Below, piece by piece: positions 9,413-18,800 of a DNA stretch of 64,000 bases; positions within the stretch are counted from its first letter, which is position 1; every line of letters starts with the position of its first letter. The DNA lies in assembly GCA_002499865.1 (NCBI GenBank), contig DANL01000059.1:5460-69459 (forward strand), read 5' to 3'. This DNA comes from Euryarchaeota archaeon UBA121. GTDB taxonomy: Archaea > Thermoplasmatota > Poseidoniia > Poseidoniales > Thalassarchaeaceae. A program made the translations under genes and the position numbers. The notes under the pieces were generated by a model. That model was not told the DNA's origin. It did no database searches and saw only the letters and a list, made by a program, of their open reading frames with translations.

Positions 9413-10831
9413 ATGAGAGTCATCATTGCTGGGGCCGGAGAGGTAGGCAGAGGCGTGGCGGCAGCTCTCCGCCAAGAGCGAAGAAGCGTCGCCTTGATTG
9501 ACCCCGACCCCTCAGCGATAAATGAGTCCCAATACTTGGACTGCCTTTTGATTACGGGGAGCGCCCTATCTAGGGATTCTCTGATGAGGGCGGGAATTAG
9601 CGATGCCGAGATTTTCATAATGGCTACAAATGACGATATGATTAACTTACTGGGGTGCTCTTTCGCCAAGAAGGTCTACAGCGAACTAGTCGGCGAGAGG
9701 AACGCCACTGGACTGAGGACCATCGCCAATATCAACGATCCAGGATTAGAGCATCCATCTAGGGGAGCGGGTCCTCTCAGTAGCTGGACTAGGGCTGATC
9801 ACATCGTCAGCGCCGCGGATGAGATAGTCAGCCAACTTGCCGCGAGCCTACTGGCTCCTTCAATCGATGAAATCCTTCCTCTTGGAGAGTCATCGTGGAT
9901 CGCATCTACCGAGGTTACAAACTCATCTGCATTAATTGGGACCACCACAGGGGAGGTCGGAGGGATCTTCGCCGGTATGCCCTCAATTTACTCGATAAAA
10001 AAGTCCGATGAAAAGGGGACCCTTAGCGAGGGCAATGAAATAATCGAACCTGGTGACATCTTAGTTTTCGTCTCCAATTCCACTGATCAGTTCTCGCAGA
10101 TAACCAGAAGTGTTGGAAAATCCGATCCCGATCTCAAGGAGAAGGCACAGATAGCAGTTTTTGGTGCAAGCCAGTTCGGAGTCAGGCTATCTGATTACTA
10201 CCTGAGAAGAGGGCATAGTGTTGTAGTGATAGAGCCCGAGCTGGACTTGGCCAATGAATTAGTAGGCTCTAGAGTAGGAAATAGTAAGAGGCTCGATGTA
10301 ATACATGGGGACCCACAAGATGAGGATCTTCTCAGAGAGCTTGACATTCATAGCCATGACATTGCGGTGGCGGCGTTAGAAGATGACAATCTAAACATCG
10401 CTATATCGATGAGAGCCAAAGATAAGGGAGTATTGAGGACCGGTCTCGTCCTAAGGGATCGTGCCCTCGTCGACGCAGTCCATAGGATCGGCACAATAAA
10501 TCCCGTCAGCAGGAGGCAAGTGGTGATAACGGGAATTTTGAAATCTATTCACATGAATGTCCCAGGAACTTTCCAAGTTATACCAAACGTACCAGAAGTA
10601 ATATCTATTTCAGCTGAAGTAAAAGCAGAACAGGGTATCGAGGGCTGGCCAATATCTAAGGTCGAGTCAAAACTTGGTGCAAGAATTGCCATGATAGACA
10701 GGGAGGACTTCGATGGTAAGGTTTCAGTCCTCGATCCCAATGCGGTTGAAACCGTATTACTTGGAGATAGGATGTACATACTCCTGTTGAAGGAAGATTT
10801 GAAGAAACTCGAGAAGATTCTAGGGAGCTAA
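9413..10831 (+). CDS. trkA: Trk K+ uptake system NAD-binding subunit
   Basis: Tandem RCK domains (IIAGAGEVG; AVFGASQFG); directly upstream of trkH. Confidence 0.9.
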   Translation: MRVIIAGAGEVGRGVAAALRQERRSVALIDPDPSAINESQYLDCLLITGSALSRDSLMRAGISDAEIFIMATNDDMINLLGCSFAKKVYSELVGERNATGLRTIANINDPGLEHPSRGAGPLSSWTRADHIVSAADEIVSQLAASLLAPSIDEILPLGESSWIASTEVTNSSALIGTTTGEVGGIFAGMPSIYSIKKSDEKGTLSEGNEIIEPGDILVFVSNSTDQFSQITRSVGKSDPDLKEKAQIAVFGASQFGVRLSDYYLRRGHSVVVIEPELDLANELVGSRVGNSKRLDVIHGDPQDEDLLRELDIHSHDIAVAALEDDNLNIAISMRAKDKGVLRTGLVLRDRALVDAVHRIGTINPVSRRQVVITGILKSIHMNVPGTFQVIPNVPEVISISAEVKAEQGIEGWPISKVESKLGARIAMIDREDFDGKVSVLDPNAVETVLLGDRMYILLLKEDLKKLEKILGS

Positions 10832-10833
10832 CC

Positions 10834-12402
10834 ATGCGCTGGGATGTCGTCGGTTTTGTCCTGGGATGGACAATTAGACTAGTCGCACTACCTCTAGCTT
10901 TGGTGGCCGCATACAGTTGCTACTTGGGCTCCGAGGGATATGAGTTCGCAGCTAGGACGTATCTAATCCCTCTAATTTTAGCCGCATTTGTCGGACAGAG
11001 CCTAGTTTCGTTGGCCAAGGGGGCCGATACCGCATCCAGACTCAGAGATCGTGAAGCCTTCGCCTCTGTCGCCCTTGGATGGATTCCTGTTGTGATACTA
11101 GGTGCTTTGCCATACTGGCTAGGAGGTGTTTTCTATGGGCCTGCTGATCTATCTATGGAATCTGTTGCTGTGGCCGATGTCTTCTCTGGGGCTATCCACT
11201 CATGGTTCGAGTCAATGTCAGGTTTTACCACGACAGGGTCTACCGTGATAGATCACTCAACAAGTCCACGATGCCTTGAGGGAACAGATTGCATCAGCTC
11301 TCAACCGCAGAGCCTGATACTCTGGAGGTCTCTCACCCAGTGGCTGGGAGGAATGGGAGTGATCATGCTAGGGCTCCTCATACTTTCTCAGGCACTTGGG
11401 GGCGGGATGTCATTGGCTAGGGCCGAGCTCACCGGACCTTCTCTTTCCAGACTGGGTCCTTCTCTGCAATCCACGGCAAGGAGACTATGGGCGATATACA
11501 TAGTCCTGACAATAATTGAGATGGTCTTGCTTAGGTTCATAGGCGAAATGAGTATTTTTGACTCGGTAAATTATTCCCTAACTACACTATCATCAGGCGG
11601 TTTCGGTACTACTGATGGAGGAGTTATGGCCTTCAGTTCGGCCAGAATAGAGGTCATTCTGATGGTATTTATGGTCCTCACTTGCATCAACTTCAGCCTC
11701 CTCCATTTAGTCCTCGTTGGTAAATCAAAAGAGGCCTTCAAAGACGGTGAAGTACGTAGCTATCTATTCATCCTAATTGTTGCATGGTTTGCTATGGCCT
11801 TCAACATTTACAGTGCGGGATCACAAGATTTAGGGTTCTTAGAAACTATCAGACATTCGATGTTCCAGGCTATTTCGATTTCTAGTACTGGGTACTCTTC
11901 AGCAGATTTCGCAACATGGCCACTGTTCAGTCAATTTGTTTTACTATTGTTAATGATAATAGGAGCGACAGCAGGGTCTACAGGAGGGGGCCTCAAGGTA
12001 CTAAGAATCAGAATCGCCTTTGAGCTCTCAAAAAGAGAAATATTGAAAATCATCCAACCTAGGAAAGTCGTTGCAATCAGATTCAACGACGAGGTCATAG
12101 ACGAGAAGAGGATATGGACGGTACTTGGAATGCTAAGCTCTTGGACTGTTCTTGTTACTGCATCGATATTGGCATTCTCATTATTGGAGCCATCTTTGGA
12201 TATGACCGATGTTCTTTCCGTTTCCCTATCTCTCCTTGGAAATACCGGTCCAGCTTTAGGTGCGTTTGGTCCGACCGCGACTTGGGCCGCACTGGGCGAG
12301 CCGTCGTTGATAGTGGCATCACTTCTGATGTGGCTTGGGAGGCTAGAGTTGCTAACAGTCTTGGTTTTGTTACACCCCAAGACATGGCGTAGCGACATCT
12401 AG
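10834..12402 (+). CDS. trkH: Trk K+ uptake membrane subunit
   Basis: FESMSGFTTTG, WRSLTQWLGGMG, GSTGGGLK and LMWLGRLE motifs. Confidence 0.95.
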   Translation: MRWDVVGFVLGWTIRLVALPLALVAAYSCYLGSEGYEFAARTYLIPLILAAFVGQSLVSLAKGADTASRLRDREAFASVALGWIPVVILGALPYWLGGVFYGPADLSMESVAVADVFSGAIHSWFESMSGFTTTGSTVIDHSTSPRCLEGTDCISSQPQSLILWRSLTQWLGGMGVIMLGLLILSQALGGGMSLARAELTGPSLSRLGPSLQSTARRLWAIYIVLTIIEMVLLRFIGEMSIFDSVNYSLTTLSSGGFGTTDGGVMAFSSARIEVILMVFMVLTCINFSLLHLVLVGKSKEAFKDGEVRSYLFILIVAWFAMAFNIYSAGSQDLGFLETIRHSMFQAISISSTGYSSADFATWPLFSQFVLLLLMIIGATAGSTGGGLKVLRIRIAFELSKREILKIIQPRKVVAIRFNDEVIDEKRIWTVLGMLSSWTVLVTASILAFSLLEPSLDMTDVLSVSLSLLGNTGPALGAFGPTATWAALGEPSLIVASLLMWLGRLELLTVLVLLHPKTWRSDI

Positions 12403-13904
12403 AATGAGTCAAGTGTGAATTGCTTGCCATCAGTAGTTGTTTTTTCATCCTCTGCCTCTATTTGTGGGGGCACTACTGGGGGCTCGGGTAAATTCTCCTG
12501 ATCATCATACTCCTTCACAATCGATTTCCCCTTTCTGCTACTCTTAGATATGCCATGCAGAGAAAGATGCTCCTCGACACCCAGCCCCATTTTCTTAGAG
12601 ATACTGAAATCATCGGGGTCTCCACCCAGTGACTCATCGTGGACAGCTAGCAAAAGTGGCCATAGCTCCTCCCTGAATGATGATTTACTAGTAGAAACAT
12701 TCTCTGACATAGTAGTGACAACATTAACGCTCCTCCAAGATTCAGAGCCCCTTCTTAGAAAGTCTGGGTACCCCAGATAAGGATCAGTCGTGATCGGTGT
12801 CTGGGAAACCGCAGCCTGAGAGGTCAGGGCAGATCCCCAATACCATGATCGGAATGCACGATTTGTGAACTTAGTGGCTAGAGACCTATCAGCTAGCTGC
12901 ATCGCAGTGCTGATTGAAGCAAGACCATCTGAATCGAAGACAGATTGATTGTTCCATGAGAACCAAGCTAGCATCTGATCAGGATCCTTATCGCTATTCC
13001 TGAGAATTTCCGATGCCTTGGAGCCACTTTTACTCGAGTATATCTCTTTCATGGCTCTGAATACATCAATCTGAGAGTCCCTAACTGAAACTTCTCCGAG
13101 GCCCCTAACATGGTCTGTGGTGATATGCCCCTCAACTAGCGATGAAACCGCCTGCAAGTCCCTAACTAAGGCCCGCAGGTCCCCTGGGTTTCCAGTAATC
13201 AACTCCTCCAACGCCCCCGGATCAATAGACAGTCCCTCACCATCAAGAATCCTGTAAGCTATTTTCCGCATGTTCCCGCTGTTCACCCTCTTGAATTGTA
13301 TCATATCGGATAATCTGAGAACCCTATCTCTGTTAATCCTCCATCCTCTGCCACCTCCCCAGAGCCTCATTGGATCGTTGCAAGTCATAATTACGGGTTG
13401 CATACTGACAGACAACAGGTGCATCAACTCGGCCTTTCCTCCCGAATCACCTGAAATGCTCTTCGTCTCATCTTCCGATGAAATCGACTTTCCAATTCTA
13501 TCTTCTGATATTTTTGAAAAACCTCCAGCGAGATGATCTACCTCGTCTAAGAGGATAATTGTCTTCCCATCTGGTTTGGAATCCCCTGAGAATAAATCTA
13601 GTGAGATGTGTTGTGACCCCCTGGTCGCGGCCTTTCTGATAGAGGCCGCATTCCTCTCCTCAGATGCGTTAAGCTCGATAATCGCCCACCCCATCTCCTT
13701 GGCTACTGCCTTAGCAATAGTTGTCTTCCCTACTCCGGGGGGGCCAGAAAGTAAGACTCCTCTCTTTTTTGGTATTTTTCCAGTCGACCAAGTGTCCAAC
13801 CATTGCCTAATAGATCTCACTTGAGCCTCGTTACCCTCCATCTCACGGATACTTTTGGGGCGATATTTCTCGGCCCAATCGTCACTCTCTCCCATAGCGG
13901 ACAC
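12399..13904 (-). CDS. rfcL: Replication factor C large subunit
   Basis: WAEKYRP, GPPGVGKTT, IELNASE, LLDEVD and GDLRA motifs. Confidence 0.9.
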   Translation of the reverse strand: MSAMGESDDWAEKYRPKSIREMEGNEAQVRSIRQWLDTWSTGKIPKKRGVLLSGPPGVGKTTIAKAVAKEMGWAIIELNASEERNAASIRKAATRGSQHISLDLFSGDSKPDGKTIILLDEVDHLAGGFSKISEDRIGKSISSEDETKSISGDSGGKAELMHLLSVSMQPVIMTCNDPMRLWGGGRGWRINRDRVLRLSDMIQFKRVNSGNMRKIAYRILDGEGLSIDPGALEELITGNPGDLRALVRDLQAVSSLVEGHITTDHVRGLGEVSVRDSQIDVFRAMKEIYSSKSGSKASEILRNSDKDPDQMLAWFSWNNQSVFDSDGLASISTAMQLADRSLATKFTNRAFRSWYWGSALTSQAAVSQTPITTDPYLGYPDFLRRGSESWRSVNVVTTMSENVSTSKSSFREELWPLLLAVHDESLGGDPDDFSISKKMGLGVEEHLSLHGISKSSRKGKSIVKEYDDQENLPEPPVVPPQIEAEDEKTTTDGKQFTLDSF

Positions 13905-13942
13905 ATTTGTCGGTCTAGTCGGGACTCCATGAAGATTGGGAG

Positions 13943-15691
13943 TCAGAAAAGGGATGAGACATCCCTATTTTCTATGTGACTAATCAATTTCTCAGTTGGT
14001 ACCCTGATCTGTTGTTGATTGTCTCTGTTCCTTACAGTGACCGTCCCATCCGTCAAGCTCGAGTGATCCACAGTGACGGCCCAAGGGACCCCTATCTCAT
14101 CAGCTCTGGCGTATCTCTTCCCAATCGACCCAGTCGAGTCAAGATTTACTTGAATTCCTCGAATAGCAAGTACATCTGAAAGTAAGGATTCAGCTAGAAC
14201 GTCCATCCCATCCTTGTCGAAGAGTGGCAGGATGGAGACATCATAAGGACAAACTTTCTCATTCAGTCTGAGTGTCACATAATCCTCGGACTCCTTTCCA
14301 TCCTCAGTAAATGCATGATCTAGAACATGCCAGATTATCCTATCAATCCCGAAAGCGGGCTCTATCACATGGGGGGTGAACCATTCTCCATGCACATTCC
14401 CCTCCTCTTTCTTCAGAGTAACCATCTCGGATGTTATCTCCACTTCCGAACCATCTTCTAGGCTCAGTAAGAAAGGTATGGAAGAAGGAATACCGGACAG
14501 CTCGCTGATTGCAGATACTACTTCACCAGCTCTCTGCCTGAATATGGGGCCGATAACGGACCCATTAGGAGATAGAACCTCTCTCGATACCTTTCGAGGG
14601 GTTTCAAATTGCCTCCACGCCCGCAGAAGGTTGGTTCCCGAATGGGCCTCATGGGACTCCAAGTCATGACAGGTCCTATTGGCGATACCTACGCACTCTA
14701 TCCAACCGTACTCGCCTAGAATCTCACAATCCCAGCAATCCGATGCATAATGTGCCATTTCAGAACCAGCGTGCTGCCTAAACCTGATTTTATCTCCATC
14801 AATCCCAATTTTGACTAGGAAATCATAGGTTCTTTCGAGGAAGGATGCAACTGTTGGGTGCCTTACTATTCCCCTATCTAACGCATCTCGAAAAGAAATT
14901 CTATGATCTCCTGGGTATTCTCCCTCTGGATCTGATATCATCTCTACCATGGTGCCTTCATTCTCACCTAGTTCATTCCTCCCTGGTGGATCTTCAGGAT
15001 CAATGAAGTACTCCAGTTCGGCCATGTTAAACTCCCTTAACCTGATCATACCTTGCCTTGGACTGATTTCATTCCTATATCCTCTGCCAGTTTGAACTGC
15101 CCCAAATGGTAGCTTCTGCTTGAAATGACGATATAATGAAGGATATAGCATGAACATCCCTTGTGCGGTTTCAGGTCTCATGTAGGCTTCCCTGCCACTG
15201 CTCATGGCACCTATCGTTGTGGGGAACATCAGATTCATCGGCCTTGAATCGGACCAGTCTGACTCACCACATTTGGGACAAGAAATATCGTTAGAAGAAA
15301 TTAATGAGTCTAGCTCTTCACCACCTAGGGAATCTGGATTCTCATGCAATCCCTCAATCAAGTGATCGCTTCTAAATGCCGAATTGCAGGATAAGCATTC
15401 AGACATGTAGTCATTGAACTCTCCTACATGACCACTAGCAACTAAGACTGACTTAGGCGTAATCGTTGGAGAGTCAACCTCTACTATGTCTCCCCAAGAA
15501 GTCCAGTGATCAATCCAACTTTCGATAACCTTACGCTTAATTGTAGCTCCAACAGGGCCATAATCTACCAAGCCAGCAACCCCTCCGTATATCTCAAAGG
15601 AAGGGAAAACTATGCCACGCCTCCTCATCATTGATGTGAGCCTGTCCAGCCTCCTTGATTCGGGCATCGTATCTCCGACTTGGCCACCCAT
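13943..15691 (-). CDS. glyS: Glycine--tRNA ligase (archaeal/eukaryotic alpha2 type)
   Basis: RPETAQG, RNEISPRQG.IRLREF, EPAFGIDR and SIGKRYARADEIG motifs. Confidence 0.95.
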   Translation of the reverse strand: MGGQVGDTMPESRRLDRLTSMMRRRGIVFPSFEIYGGVAGLVDYGPVGATIKRKVIESWIDHWTSWGDIVEVDSPTITPKSVLVASGHVGEFNDYMSECLSCNSAFRSDHLIEGLHENPDSLGGEELDSLISSNDISCPKCGESDWSDSRPMNLMFPTTIGAMSSGREAYMRPETAQGMFMLYPSLYRHFKQKLPFGAVQTGRGYRNEISPRQGMIRLREFNMAELEYFIDPEDPPGRNELGENEGTMVEMISDPEGEYPGDHRISFRDALDRGIVRHPTVASFLERTYDFLVKIGIDGDKIRFRQHAGSEMAHYASDCWDCEILGEYGWIECVGIANRTCHDLESHEAHSGTNLLRAWRQFETPRKVSREVLSPNGSVIGPIFRQRAGEVVSAISELSGIPSSIPFLLSLEDGSEVEITSEMVTLKKEEGNVHGEWFTPHVIEPAFGIDRIIWHVLDHAFTEDGKESEDYVTLRLNEKVCPYDVSILPLFDKDGMDVLAESLLSDVLAIRGIQVNLDSTGSIGKRYARADEIGVPWAVTVDHSSLTDGTVTVRNRDNQQQIRVPTEKLISHIENRDVSSLF

Positions 15692-15822
15692 CTTTCAAGC
15701 CATCCTTGGGAATTGGCTATCGATGTACGTACCGTGGGGTTATTGATAATGCCATTAACAGTCTTTAATGAGGTTCTTAGAGAAGCATTGATGTACTCAT
15801 ACGAAGCCCAACAGTGTGATAG

Positions 15823-18800
15823 GTGCAACAAAAAATGCCTGAAATCGAGTATGTAGAGGACAGAATGGAGACTGAAGATCTCCTGGAGAGGCTATGTCCT
15901 CCCGTTAGAAATTGGTTTATGGACAAATTTCCGGACTTCACAGAACCCCAAAAGGTGGCCATTCCAAGAATTCTGAAGGGAGAGCACCTCTTACTATGTT
16001 CCCCAACTGGCTCTGGAAAAACTCTCACAGCATTCCTCACGATAATAGATGATCTAGTCCGTGGTTCTCTTGACGGGACGCTACCAGATTCTGTCCAGTG
16101 CGTATACATATCTCCAATTAAGGCGCTTGCCAATGATATCGAGAAGAATCTTCTAGGCCCCCTAGGCGAAATAAAGGAGAGATTTCTTCCAAGCAGAGCC
16201 AAGGAAATCAAAGTCGGACTGAGAACGGGCGATACCCCTCAGAGCGAGAGGGAGAAAATGCTCAGAAAACCTCCGCATATACTGATCACAACACCCGAGT
16301 CACTTGGATTGGGTTTGGCATCCAAGAGGTTTAGGCCAATTTTGGATCAAATGAAATGGCTCATCATTGACGAAATGCACTCATTAGTTCCCACAAAAAG
16401 AGGCACCCATCTCTCTCTAAGTATGGCTCTGATGGATACTGTGGTATCATCCGATGTCCAGAGAATCGGTATTAGTGCCACCATGGAGCCTCTAGATGCG
16501 GTGGCTGAATTTCTAGTTGCTAGCGATTCAAGGGAAACCGACGCAGAGCCCCAAAAAGTAGCTATTGCGAAAATCTCAGGAGACAGGGAGCTCGACTTGG
16601 ACATAATTCTGCCAACGCCTAGATTCAGCTCTATTCCAGTGAAGGAAATCTTAGATCATAATGTAGACAGAATCAAAGAATTAGCTGAGGCTCACACTAC
16701 TACATTGGTTTTTGTCAATACAAGGAATATGACTGAGACGGTAGTGCAGAGATTGAAGATAGCTGGGATGGAAGGAGTTGAGGGACATCATGGTTCAATG
16801 GACAAGGCGATCAGGCTTGATGTGGAAAGTAGGCTCAAGAATGGATTACTGAGATGTGTTGTTTCATCGTCTAGCCTTGAAATGGGTATCGATATAGGTT
16901 CCGTGGATTTAGTCATTCAAGTTGGCTCTCCGGGGTCAATCGCCACGGCTCTGCAGAGAATAGGTAGGGCAGGACATCAGGTTGGTGGCTTGCCCAGAGC
17001 TAGGTTCCTACCTACCTCGCCCCATGATCTGATGGAACTCGTTGCATTGCAAATGGCTATTTTGGAGGGAGAGATGGATTTACTAAAATTCCCACAGAAC
17101 TCACTCGATGTGCTAGCACAATTCCTAATCGGCCTTACTATAATCAAGGAGTGGGATATTGATGATGCCTACTCTCTTGTTACCTCATCATGGCCATACA
17201 AGGAACTTCCTTACGATGATTACATCGAAGTTCTAGACATGCTTGATGAGGAAAGAAGAGTTTGGCTTGACTGGGAGGATAACAGATTCGGAAAGCGTGG
17301 ATTTGCTCAAATGATCTATTACACCAATATAGGAACTATTGCTCCCGATAACAGTTACTTGGTTTTCACTGGAGACGGAACTTTGGTGGGGCAACTTTCT
17401 TCTTCTTTCGTTTCAAGTCTCAGAAACGGGGATGTATTCCTGTTGGGTGGATCCACCTACAGGGTAGCTAGTGTGAGAGGAACCAGGGTAAATGTCACTC
17501 CCGCAACCGGATACAGGCCAACAATACCCTCTTGGACAGGCGAGGCCAATAGTCGCACACATGAATTAAGTCAGGCTGTTCTCAGATTATTGAGTCAGAT
17601 TTCTGTAGGGGCCAGAATGGCAACCGATTATGAGCCAATCCTGACAGAAGCATTACGGCTCAATAGGCCTGTAGCGTTGGCGCTGAAACAGTTCCTGGAC
17701 GAGCATGTTGCTACTACGTTCCAAGTTCCTTCTAATGACAGGATACTTATCGAGCAGGTAGACTCCCCTCTCCCAACCTACGTTGTGACTACCTGCAGGG
17801 GAAGGGCCTTCAACCTCGCACTAGGATATCTCTTCGCTGGAATCGCCTCCAAAGAAAATATAATCATTCACGAGCTTTCATTTGACGAGAATGGATTTAT
17901 GGCAAAATTGAGCCATGAGGTTGAGATTTCCAAGATTCCAGAGGTATTTAGGAATGACACTAGCGAGGAAATACTCCAGAGATATATGATGGATTCCCAA
18001 CTGTTCTCAAAGAGGTTCAGGGAAGTGTCATCCAGGAGTATGCTGAATCCTAGAAGAATCGGTGCCGAGGAAGTTAGTCCGAAGCAGTTCCAGCAGAAGG
18101 CAGAGGCGATTATGACAAAACATCGTCAGATGGATGGCTCGGTCATAATCAGAGAGGCGATGAGTGAGATTCTAAATGGTGATCTCGATATGGAGCAATT
18201 ACGTAACTTCATCTCCAGAATGGATACAGAGGATGTCAGAATTGTACATAGGCGCGTGAAAATGCCTTCGCCCCTTGGAATGACACTATTCATGTCCGCA
18301 TTTGAGGATCTTCTGAGCCTAAGGACTAGGGCTTACCTGATCAAGGACGTAGACCCGGAGATCCTAAGGCGTCTTTTGGGTGCCAGATCTTTGGCTACCG
18401 ATCTGGATAAGCAGATGATTTCTGAGTACTATCAGTCAAAGGTGGCCACTCCGAAGAATGCTATTGATCTCCTGAGACTCATGGATATGGGAGGGGGGCT
18501 AGAGCAAGGCCTCACCAATCCACTTTACAATTCGAAGCTTAGTGGAATCGAAATCCCTGTGATTCGACAATGGGTACACGAACTAGCAGAGAGGGAATTA
18601 ATTACCAAGGTGAGGAATACAAATCACGAGCAAATTGACGATAAATGGTTCTCCATCAGAATGGCAGGAGTCCATGGTACTCTGGGCTGTCTCGCAGTTG
18701 CAGGCGCATCCGAGATGGAGGACTTACGGGCCCTATACACTGGTGGCCTGACCTATGAGATAGCCGAAGACTTCACTGGCGGTACTCCTTCAAAATGGGC